Below are positions 53,967-61,494 of a stretch of DNA of 64,000 nt, piece after piece. Every line of letters begins with the position of its first letter. Within the stretch, counting starts at the first letter, position 1. This stretch comes from Acidimicrobiales bacterium (lineage in GTDB: Bacteria; Actinomycetota; Acidimicrobiia; Acidimicrobiales; RAAP-2). The notes under the pieces were generated by a model that did not search any database, had not been told where the DNA came from, and saw nothing but the letters and a program-made list of their open reading frames with translations. Position numbers and translations under genes: made by a program. The stretch is from assembly GCA_035551835.1 (NCBI GenBank), contig DASZMN010000072.1, forward strand, positions 8,573 to 72,572, given 5' to 3'.

Positions 53967-54850
53967 TCCGAGTGGTCCCAGTCGGCCAGCAGCGTGCGCA
54001 GCGCCGTCAACAAGATGAGGGGCTGGTCGAGCATGGCGTGGTGGCCGGCCTCGGGGATCTCGATCACGGGCGTCACCCGGCCCAACTTCTCGTACATGAA
54101 GGCGCCGATCTCGGGCGTCACCAGGCCGCGCTCGGAGCGCAAGAGCGCCAGCCGGCAGTCGACCTGGCTCAGGTAGGGCACGGCCAGGCCGCGCACCCCG
54201 CGGGCGAACTGCTCGAAGATGCGGCGGTCGAACTTCCACTGCCACCCGCCGTCGACGTACCTGAGGGACTCCCGGGCCACGAAGTCGACGACGTAGTCGA
54301 GGTAGTGCTCCTGTGGCGGGACGGTGCGGAAGCGGGCCACGGCCGCGTCCAGCGTCGGATAGGTCCGGGGCCGCCCGAACGCATCGTGCGCGCTGATCTC
54401 GGGGTCGGCCTCGGTCACCGGCGAGTCGCACACGATCACCCCGGCCACCCGGTCGGAGTGGTGCGCCGCCGTGACGATCGTGATGAACCCGCCCATGGAG
54501 TGCCCGATCACGACGGGCACCCCGCCGATGCCGGCGTCGCCGGCGACGGCGATCACCTCCTCGGCCCACTGCTCGGGGTCGTAGTGGTCGCGGTGGCCGC
54601 TGTCGCCGTGGCCGGACAGGTCGATCGCCACCACCCGGAACTCGCCGGCGAACGTCGCCGCCACGTGGGTCCACCAGTGGGCGTGGGCGCCACCGCCGTG
54701 CACGAACACGAGCCCGCGGCGGCCGCGCTCGCCCCAGTCGAGGTAGTGCACCGGGCAACCGTCCACCACGACGGTGCCGTGGCCGTTCGGCACCGTCACG
54801 GCGCGGCTGAACCAGGCCGGCGCGTCCGGGAGGATCGGGGGGACCGTCAT
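53951..54850 (-). CDS. alpha/beta hydrolase
   Basis: VFVHGGGAHAHWW oxyanion region, nucleophile elbow GHSMGG, C-terminal EAGHH. Confidence 0.8.
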   Translation of the reverse strand: MTVPPILPDAPAWFSRAVTVPNGHGTVVVDGCPVHYLDWGERGRRGLVFVHGGGAHAHWWTHVAATFAGEFRVVAIDLSGHGDSGHRDHYDPEQWAEEVIAVAGDAGIGGVPVVIGHSMGGFITIVTAAHHSDRVAGVIVCDSPVTEADPEISAHDAFGRPRTYPTLDAAVARFRTVPPQEHYLDYVVDFVARESLRYVDGGWQWKFDRRIFEQFARGVRGLAVPYLSQVDCRLALLRSERGLVTPEIGAFMYEKLGRVTPVIEIPEAGHHAMLDQPLILLTALRTLLADWDHSEPHRR

Positions 54851-54884
54851 CGCAGGCGGATGCGACGTGGCCGGCCGGAGCCGG

Positions 54885-55079
54885 CTACTCGCTGATGATC
54901 TCGATGGCGTACTCGGGGCAGTTGGCGATGGCCAGACGGGCCTTGTCCTCGAGCTCGACCGGCACCTCGTCGACGATCACGGTCGACTGGCCGTAGTCGT
55001 CGACGTCGAAGAGCTCCGGCGCCAGGCCGTAGCAGCGGGCGTGTCCCTGGCACTTGTCGGGATCGACGCGGATCTTCAT
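54885..55079 (-). CDS. small ferredoxin (P450-associated, 3Fe-4S/4Fe-4S type)
   Basis: 64 aa: MKIRVDPDKCQGHARCY...ANCPEYAIEI. Its ATG overlaps the P450 stop (ATGA). Confidence 0.8.
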   Translation of the reverse strand: MKIRVDPDKCQGHARCYGLAPELFDVDDYGQSTVIVDEVPVELEDKARLAIANCPEYAIEIISE

Positions 55080-56293
55080 GGGAACACCACGGGCAGGATA
55101 CGGGGTCCCCGCACCTGGCCACCGGCCCACGTGATCTCCTGGCCCTCGGCGAGCGAGAACTCGGGGATGCGGGCGAGCCATTCCTCGAGCGCCACCTGCA
55201 GCTCCATGCGCGCCAGGTTGGACCCGGCACAACGGTGGATGCCCGAGCCGAAGGCGACGTGGCGGTTGTGGGCCCTGTCCAGCTGGACGACCTCGGGGTG
55301 CTCGAAGGCCTCGGGGTCGCGGTTGGCGGCCGGGAAGTTCATGAGCACCTTGTCGCCCTGCTTCATGGGGCAGCCGGCGTAGTCGATGTCCTGGGTCACC
55401 TCGCGGGCCATGGTCACCGGCGAGTAGGCCCGCAGCAGCTCCTCGACCGCGGTCGCCATGAGCTGGGGCTCGGCCACCAGCCGCTTGCGGTCCTCGTCGT
55501 GCGTGGCCAGGTGCCACAGCGACGAGCCGATGGCGCTCCACGTCGTGTCGACGCCGGCGATGAGCACGAGGGCCGCCATGCCCAGCACGATGCCGTCGTC
55601 GACCGGCTGGCCCTCCACCTCGGTGTGCAGCAGCTCGCTCAGCAGGTCGTCGCCCGGATTCTCCTTGCGGTAGGCCACCTGCTCGACGAAGTAGTAGAGC
55701 AGCCCGTCCGCGCCGCGTTGGCGGCGCTCCTGGTCGTCGGCGAACTCGAGGACGTCGCGCACCCACCCGGTGAACGTGTCGGCCAGGTCGGTCGAGACCC
55801 CGAGGATGCGGGCGATCACGCGGACGGGTATCTGCTGGGCATAGTCGGCCGCCGCGTCGGCGTGGCCTTTGTCCGCGAAGCCGTCGAGCAGCGCGCGGCA
55901 GAGGTCGCGCGTCAGCGGCACATAGGTGTCGACCCGGTTGTGCGAGAACCACGGCAACAGCAGGCGGCGCGTCCAGGTGTGCAGCGGCGGGTCGGCCGAA
56001 ATGGGCGGCAGGCCGTACTCGAGGTTCGGCCCGTCGAAGTTGGCGTTGGGGTCCTCGTCCTCGTCGCCGGGGATGACCGCCACCTTCAGCGAGCTGAAGT
56101 GCTCGATGTCGTGGGCGATCGCCGTCACATCGTCGTAGCGCAGCGGCATCCAGCTGCTCTTGCGGCGGCCGGTGTGCGGGATCGGACAGGTCTGGCGGAG
56201 CTCGTCCCAGATGCTGAACGGGTCGGCCAGGTACCTCGGGTCCATCACGTCGAAGTCCGCCGCCCAGTCGGTGACCGGCGCCGTGTGTGTCAT
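55076..56293 (-). CDS. cytochrome P450
   Basis: Heme-binding loop FGSGIHRCAGSNLA, ExxR in VEELLRAY, I-helix AGVDTT. SD AAGGGGG. Confidence 0.92.
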   Translation of the reverse strand: MTHTAPVTDWAADFDVMDPRYLADPFSIWDELRQTCPIPHTGRRKSSWMPLRYDDVTAIAHDIEHFSSLKVAVIPGDEDEDPNANFDGPNLEYGLPPISADPPLHTWTRRLLLPWFSHNRVDTYVPLTRDLCRALLDGFADKGHADAAADYAQQIPVRVIARILGVSTDLADTFTGWVRDVLEFADDQERRQRGADGLLYYFVEQVAYRKENPGDDLLSELLHTEVEGQPVDDGIVLGMAALVLIAGVDTTWSAIGSSLWHLATHDEDRKRLVAEPQLMATAVEELLRAYSPVTMAREVTQDIDYAGCPMKQGDKVLMNFPAANRDPEAFEHPEVVQLDRAHNRHVAFGSGIHRCAGSNLARMELQVALEEWLARIPEFSLAEGQEITWAGGQVRGPRILPVVFP

Positions 56294-56368
56294 CGGGAGC
56301 CCCCTTGTGGTGCGCGTGCCCGGCGCGGTCGTCGCCGGCGTTGCGGTGGTGTGCTCTGCCCGCCCCGG

Positions 56369-57205
56369 TCACACTACCGGCTGCCCGCCCCGCAGCACCT
56401 CGTACTGGCGGTCCGCGTCGTCGGCTGGCACCCGCAGGGCGGCGCCGGTGGGCTGGGGCCGGACCACCACGGCCCCGCTGGGCGCGAACTGCACGATGTA
56501 GGCCTTGCGCACCCCTTCGGTGCGGTTGGGGCCCGTCGAGTGCGGGGTGAGCGACGAGAAGACGACGATGCTGCCCGCGGCCACGGGAACGGGCACGGCG
56601 TCGGCGGGGTCGCGCAGGCAGACGAAGCCGATGTCGGAGTAGTCGTGGGCCAAGGTTCCGAGGCGGTGCAGGCGGGGCACCACCCACGGGCAGCCGTTCT
56701 CCTCGGTGGCGTCGGTCAACGCGACCCAACAGGTCAGGTACTGCTGCGGCTCGACGAACGCGTAGCCGTTGTCCTGGTGCCAGGGGAAGGGCGACTCGGT
56801 GCCCGGCTTCTTGTACACGGCTTGGTCCCAATAGAGGCGGACGTCGGGCCCGATCAGGTCGGCGCACACGCCGGCGAGGAGCGCGGCACAGGTGAAGCGG
56901 CGCAGCCGGGGCGAGCGCGCCACCAGGTGCGTGGTGAACGTGATCTCGTCGGCCCGGGCGATGAAGAAGCGGCCGCCCTCCATCTCGCGCAGCGCCTCTT
57001 CCTGGCGCGCCTCGAACGGGTCGATCTCGGCGACCAGCTCGTCGACGGCGGCGGGCTCCAGCGCGTCTTCGAGCACGAAGTAGCCGAGCTCGTCGTACTG
57101 CCGCACCTGTTCGGGCGCCACGACGCGGAAGGGGCCCGCGTGATCGCGCCACTCGAACGCCGTGTTCAGCGCGTGACGCGGCGGGGCGCCGGCGCCGGCG
57201 CTCAT
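56369..57205 (-). CDS. phytanoyl-CoA dioxygenase (PhyH) family Fe(II)/2-oxoglutarate oxygenase
   Basis: PWHQDNGY (HxD) and SSLTPHSTGPNRT (distal His, Arg). ATGA overlap with the crotonase stop. Confidence 0.8.
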   Translation of the reverse strand: MSAGAGAPPRHALNTAFEWRDHAGPFRVVAPEQVRQYDELGYFVLEDALEPAAVDELVAEIDPFEARQEEALREMEGGRFFIARADEITFTTHLVARSPRLRRFTCAALLAGVCADLIGPDVRLYWDQAVYKKPGTESPFPWHQDNGYAFVEPQQYLTCWVALTDATEENGCPWVVPRLHRLGTLAHDYSDIGFVCLRDPADAVPVPVAAGSIVVFSSLTPHSTGPNRTEGVRKAYIVQFAPSGAVVVRPQPTGAALRVPADDADRQYEVLRGGQPVV

Positions 57206-57963
57206 GTCCCGGTGAACCGCGGGGCGCGACGCTCCGCGGTGGCCCGCACGCCCTCGGCGAAGTCGGCGGTGGACTGCAGGCGGAGCTGTTGCGCGCACTC
57301 CTGCTCCATGGCGACGCGCGTCGCCTCGACCAAGCCGAGGCGCAGGGTGGCCCTGATGGCGCGCACGGCGAGCGGGCCCGAGCCGGCCAACTCGCCGGCA
57401 TAGGCGAGGGCGTCGGTCATGAGGTCGCCCTCGGCGTCGCCGGCCAGGCGGTCGCACAGGCCGAGGGCGAAGGCTTCCTCGCCACCCACCCGGCGCCCGG
57501 TGAGCAACAGGTCGGCGGCGGCCTGGCGCCCGACGACGGCCGGCAGCGTGACGGTCAGAGCGAAGCCGTGGTGGAAGCCGAGGCGGGCGAAGTTCGCGCT
57601 GAAGCGGCTCGCCGTGCTGGCCACGCGGAAGTCCGCCGACAACGCGAGCCCGAAGCCACCGCCGATGGCGGCGCCTTGGACCGCGGCGACGACCGGGAGC
57701 GGCGCCGCGAAGAGCCGCAAGGCCTGCCGGTAGAGCTCGGCGATGTCCTGTCCCGCGTTGGCGCCGAAGTCGAGACCGGCACAGAAGTGCCGGCCTTCCG
57801 CCGCCAGCACGATGGCGCGGCACCAGCCGGTGCGGTCGAGCTCCTCGTAGGCGTCGGCGACCTCGGCCAGCAGTGCCGTGTCGAAGAAGTTGTTGGGCGG
57901 CCGGCCCAGGCGGACCACGCCGACGTGCTCGCCGTGCTGTTCGACCGAGACGTCGTCGGTCAC
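57202..57963 (-). CDS. enoyl-CoA hydratase/isomerase (crotonase) family
   Basis: GRHFCAGLDF and AAIGGGFGLALSAD oxyanion-hole motifs. GTG start overlaps the GNAT stop. Confidence 0.88.
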   Translation of the reverse strand: MTDDVSVEQHGEHVGVVRLGRPPNNFFDTALLAEVADAYEELDRTGWCRAIVLAAEGRHFCAGLDFGANAGQDIAELYRQALRLFAAPLPVVAAVQGAAIGGGFGLALSADFRVASTASRFSANFARLGFHHGFALTVTLPAVVGRQAAADLLLTGRRVGGEEAFALGLCDRLAGDAEGDLMTDALAYAGELAGSGPLAVRAIRATLRLGLVEATRVAMEQECAQQLRLQSTADFAEGVRATAERRAPRFTGT

Positions 57964-58427
57964 AGCGGGACGTCCTCGAGGCTGCGCCAGTAGATCAGCG
58001 CGTCCTCACCGTCGACGGCGCGGGGGATCCGGCCCACCTCGGTGAAGCCGAGTCGGCGGTACATGGCGCGGGCGGGGTTGGACTCGAAGACGAGGTTGAA
58101 CTGGATGGCGTCGAAGCCGAGGCGGCGTGCTTCGAGCAGCGAGTGCTCGACCAGGCTCCGCCCGACGCCGGTCCCGCGGTAGGCGGACAGCACGAAGTAG
58201 CCGGCGTTGGCGATGTGGGCCGCCCGTCCGACGAAATTCGGCTTGATGTAGTACGCGCCGACCAGATGGTTCCCGAATTTCGCCACCGAGACGGTGGCGG
58301 AGTGATCGACCCAGTAGTCGTCGAACTCGTCCCGGGTGATCGGCGCCGACTGCGGGAACCCGTCGCCGGCGCTCACGATGCGGCCGAACGCGGCGAACAG
58401 CTCGTCGTAGTCATCGACCGTGGCCAT
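57960..58427 (-). CDS. GNAT family N-acetyltransferase
   Basis: YRGTGVGRSLVEHSL (Q/RxxGxG/A acetyl-CoA loop) and NPARAMYRRLGF. Start likely MATVDDYDE (58427); the ORF extends to 58478. Confidence 0.8.
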   Translation of the reverse strand: MATVDDYDELFAAFGRIVSAGDGFPQSAPITRDEFDDYWVDHSATVSVAKFGNHLVGAYYIKPNFVGRAAHIANAGYFVLSAYRGTGVGRSLVEHSLLEARRLGFDAIQFNLVFESNPARAMYRRLGFTEVGRIPRAVDGEDALIYWRSLEDVPL

Positions 58428-58521
58428 GTTGATGGAGACCGGCACGAGACCCACGGTACTGGCGCGGAGCGCGCGCACCGGGCCAACACAGGCATGACAC
58501 AGCCGCCGCGCCGGGCGCGCG

Positions 58522-59349
58522 TCAGTGCGCGGCGAACCCCGTCGTCCCGATGCCGGGACGCACGGCCTCGATGGGATCGCGCAGGTCGTCGATGTAACCC
58601 AGTGCGTACGCCCCGCGGTCGTAGCCCATCAGCCGCAGGAGGTCGACCGGCAGCGTCTCGGCCACCTCGCGCGGCACCGAGAGGTACTGGTTCTCCTCCT
58701 GGCGCAGCCAGGCCACGACGTAGGTGATGTTGAGCCCGATCCGGGTGGCGGCGGAGTCGTTGGCGCCGCCGCCGTGGTACACGCTGCCCGAATAGAAGAG
58801 CGCCGAGCCCCGTGGCATCTCGGCGGGCTCGGTGTCGCCAGGGCCGAAGGAGAGGCGGTCTTCCTGGGCGTTGCTCCCGAGCACGACCCGGGTTGCGCCG
58901 TTTTCCTCGGTGAAGTCCGTCAGCGCCCAGATGGTGTTGCACTGGACCTCGTAGCCGGCCGGGAACGGGAAGAAGTCGAACGCCCACTGGTCGCGGTGGA
59001 TCGGCTGGGCCGTCTCGCCCGATCCGATGGCGATGGCCTGGGTCAGGTGGAGCTGAATGTTGGTCGCATGGCCCAGGAACGCCCGCGCCGCGCCCACGGC
59101 CAGCGGATGCATGACCAGGTCACGGCACGCGGGCGAGCGGGCGATGAGTGACCCGGTGCGGCGGGTCAGTTGGCCACTGAAGTCGTCCGGCCCGGTCGGC
59201 GTGGTGTCGAGGAAGGGGCGCAGCTCCGACTCGATCCGTTCGAGCAACGCTGCGTCGGCCGCGCCCTCGACGATGACCGCACCGTCGCGGCCCACGACGG
59301 CCGCCACCTCGTCGGGGCCGGCGTCGGCGCGCAGGCGGGAGATGGGCAC
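58522..59349 (-). CDS. phytanoyl-CoA dioxygenase (PhyH) family Fe(II)/2-oxoglutarate oxygenase, second copy
   Basis: QPIHRDQW (HxD), GSVYHGGGAN (distal His), TRIGLNI (Arg). Starts 5 nt after the PqqD-like stop. Confidence 0.8.
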   Translation of the reverse strand: MPISRLRADAGPDEVAAVVGRDGAVIVEGAADAALLERIESELRPFLDTTPTGPDDFSGQLTRRTGSLIARSPACRDLVMHPLAVGAARAFLGHATNIQLHLTQAIAIGSGETAQPIHRDQWAFDFFPFPAGYEVQCNTIWALTDFTEENGATRVVLGSNAQEDRLSFGPGDTEPAEMPRGSALFYSGSVYHGGGANDSAATRIGLNITYVVAWLRQEENQYLSVPREVAETLPVDLLRLMGYDRGAYALGYIDDLRDPIEAVRPGIGTTGFAAH

Positions 59350-59354
59350 GCCGG

Positions 59355-59684
59355 CTAACCGGGTGCCGCCGGAGACGCCGGCGCCGCCGGCGCCGCCGGT
59401 CCCTCGGACACCAGGCCCATGTCGGCCAGCTTGCGCAGCGTCTCACGCACGTCGTCGCCGATGACCGACGCCTCCTCGGGGTACGTCTCGCCCAACGCCC
59501 CGACGATCTCGTCCACGGTGGTGGAGCCGTCACAGAGCTTCCATACCGACCCGGCGCTCGAATTGAGCAGGATAAGGAGCTGGCCCACGTCGTCGTAGAC
59601 GGCGACGTTCTCGTCCAGCTCGACCGCCGTGGCGCCCTCCCGGCGCACCGGCACCAAACCCGCTTCCGGCCACTCAGCGTCCAT
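59355..59684 (-). CDS. PqqD-family protein (RiPP recognition element-like peptide chaperone)
   Basis: From ATG 59684 (GAGGAG 6 nt upstream): VELDENVAVYDDVGQLLILLNSSAGSVWKLCDGSTTVDEIVGALGETYPEEASVIGDDVRETLRKLADMGLV, the canonical PqqD pattern. Confidence 0.8.
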   Translation of the reverse strand: MDAEWPEAGLVPVRREGATAVELDENVAVYDDVGQLLILLNSSAGSVWKLCDGSTTVDEIVGALGETYPEEASVIGDDVRETLRKLADMGLVSEGPAAPAAPASPAAPG

Positions 59685-59716
59685 GCCCGCTCCTCTGCTG
59701 TCCCACGATGTCCGTC

Positions 59717-59760
59717 TCGACCCTGGCTCGACCCTGGCTCGACCCTGGCTCAACCCTGGC
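59717..59760. repeat. 11-bp tandem repeat TCGACCCTGGC x4 (last copy TCAACCCTGGC) abutting the kinase stop codon
   Basis: Exact head-to-tail copies at 59717, 59728, 59739 and 59750. The unit length is not a multiple of 3. It lies in the 75-nt gap between the HprK-like and PqqD-like genes. Confidence 0.9.
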
Positions 59761-60680
59761 TATACCCGGGCGGCCACGAGCCCGAGCACCAGTCTGCACG
59801 CCTCGTCGAGGTCGGACAGGGTGAGGGTGTAGCACGCGCAGCCCGCGGCCAGCCGGCCCAGGGCCTCGGTACCGGACGCGCCGTGGGGCAACAGGTTCAC
59901 CGCGTGGAGGGCCAGCGTGAAGAAGGCCTCCGTCTCGCTCAGCCGCGTGAGCGTCGTCTCGGCGGCCGGGTCGTAGTGGGGGACGATCACAAAACCCGGT
60001 CCGCACGGGTCCCCGACCCGGCGCCCGGCGCGCTCGCCCACCGGGACCAGCCATTCGCCGCCGGGCTCGCCTTCGCCGCCTTCGCCGCCATCCTCGCCGT
60101 ACCACCCGTCGCCGAGCGGACCTGGGTCCATCTCGGCCAACACGGCGAAGCTGCCCGGCTTGACCGTGATCGGCTTGGGGTACGCCAGGAGCCGCCCCGG
60201 TCCCGCGCCGTCGAGCTCGAGCGCGACGAGCTCGTCGCTCAGGTACCCGAGCCCCGCCCGCGACAGCCCCGCCGTGAGCGTCGACTTGCCCGACCCCGAG
60301 GCCGCGGGCACCAGGATCCCGATGCCGTCCGCCTCGAGCCCGCCGGCGTGGAAGAGCAGGTGCTGACCGCTCTGCTCGGCGGCCAGGCGGTTGACGTCCC
60401 ACACCAGCCACCCCACCGCGTCGCCCGGCGCCAGCCCCGCCTTCACGAGCTCCCCGTCGCGGCCGACGTCGACGACGACGACGTGGCGTCCACGCGACAC
60501 CGTCAGCGAGTAACGGTGGATCGCCGGTGCACCATCTGCCGGGTCAGAGGGGTCGCGCAGCGACGCCAGCAGCGCATCGATGTGGGCAGCGAGCGACGGG
60601 TCGTCGCAACAGACCGCGAAGCGGTACGAGAGTGCCTTCAGGTTGGGGGTGCAATGCGCCCGGTCGTGCGCGTGCGCCAC
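59760..60680 (-). CDS. HprK-related serine kinase-like P-loop protein
   Basis: LFHAGGLEADGIGILVPAASGSGKSTLTAGLSRAGLGYLSDELVAL matches the HPr-kinase C-terminal P-loop region as found in RiPP-associated HprK-related kinases. Confidence 0.75.
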   Translation of the reverse strand: MAHAHDRAHCTPNLKALSYRFAVCCDDPSLAAHIDALLASLRDPSDPADGAPAIHRYSLTVSRGRHVVVVDVGRDGELVKAGLAPGDAVGWLVWDVNRLAAEQSGQHLLFHAGGLEADGIGILVPAASGSGKSTLTAGLSRAGLGYLSDELVALELDGAGPGRLLAYPKPITVKPGSFAVLAEMDPGPLGDGWYGEDGGEGGEGEPGGEWLVPVGERAGRRVGDPCGPGFVIVPHYDPAAETTLTRLSETEAFFTLALHAVNLLPHGASGTEALGRLAAGCACYTLTLSDLDEACRLVLGLVAARV

Positions 60681-60683
60681 GGA

Positions 60684-61166
60684 CTAACTGGGTTGGTCCG
60701 GGCTCCCCGCCTCGTGCACCACGGGCGCGGGCTTGGGTGCCCGGCTGGCCCAGTGGTGCATCGCCCAACCGCCGGCGATGAGCGCCGCGCCGATTTCGGC
60801 GTCGCGCTGGATGTTGAGGCCGGTCTGGGCCAGTGACCCGCCGGCGCCGGCCGCAGCCGGTGTGGTCGCGGCGGTGAGGTTGGCGTTCGTCCCGCCCGTC
60901 CCGCCCGCTCCCGTGCCCCCGGTGTTCGACGGAGTCGTCGTCGGCTTGCCGGTCGTGTTGCCGCCGCCCCCGCTGTTGCCGGACAACGTGGCCCCGGCCG
61001 CCGGCTTGGCCGTCAGGATCTCGGGGACGACCCAGGCCGCCGCACCGGCGGTGGCCACGGCGGACATCCGACCGAGGGCCTGGCGCCTCGAAAACGTGCG
61101 CCCTGAGCCCGCGCTCGGTGCAACCGGAGATGCCCCCACATCTCGATTTGACCGTTCCCTCGTCAT
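60684..61166 (-). CDS. Tat-signal, Gly/Thr-rich, LAxTG-type sortase-anchored surface protein lacking any globular domain
   Basis: SRRQALGRMSAVATAGAAAWVV (twin-arginine signal), about 50 aa of G/T/N/A low complexity, then LAQTG + hydrophobic IGAALIAGGWAMHHWA + SRAPK. High GC3. Confidence 0.6.
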   Translation of the reverse strand: MTRERSNRDVGASPVAPSAGSGRTFSRRQALGRMSAVATAGAAAWVVPEILTAKPAAGATLSGNSGGGGNTTGKPTTTPSNTGGTGAGGTGGTNANLTAATTPAAAGAGGSLAQTGLNIQRDAEIGAALIAGGWAMHHWASRAPKPAPVVHEAGSPDQPS

Positions 61167-61494
61167 ATCGTCCGTCCGTTCCTCAAGTTATGGGGGGAGA
61201 CTTTACTGCTGTTCTCCCACCTAGACCGCACATTTTCGCCTGTTTTTCGGCAACCCCGACTGCCCACACCGAGAGCCGCCTGACCTCCAGTGCCTAGATA
61301 ACGCCCGATCCGACCGTTTACTACCGCTTCACCCTCAGTGAATTGTGCAATGGTTGTGACATATTCTCGGTCACCCCGGCCGATGGCCGGGCCCCGGGGC
61401 GCTCCCAGGGCCATCCCCGACCCCCTCGCCCGACCCGCGCCCGGACCCATCCGCCCTGCACTCACGGGGGCTACCCGGACGGCATGATGAGCGG

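Noticed and set aside
56294-56368. Mini-precursor ORF upstream of the P450 (biarylitide-type pentapeptide gene).
   Set aside because: By my reading, the 75-nt gap on the coding strand contains no ATG, GTG, TTG or CTG in any frame. It carries only the SD AAGGGGG for the P450.
54885-57401. 838-aa ORF on the minus strand. Similar giant ORFs: 33582-35681, 38744-41104, 21809-23989, 14528-16231, 44363-45778, 45646-47028, 32428-34806 (N-terminal part) and 45244-47397 (N-terminal part).
   Set aside because: These are Arg/Pro/Gly/Ala-rich translations typical of out-of-frame or antisense reading in about 70% GC DNA. Each is fully explained by motif-supported genes in another frame or strand (P450, PhyH, ABC ATPase, zwf and others). 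Only the in-frame C-terminal parts were kept where a family motif begins, for example the ferredoxin at 54885-55079.
44644-59760. Whether the short tandem arrays (5-, 7-, 9- and 11-mers) could be a CRISPR array or a mobile-element terminus.
   Set aside because: The units are 5-11 bp and strictly head-to-tail with no spacers. There are no cas genes, transposases, integrases or flanking inverted repeats/target duplications anywhere in the window.
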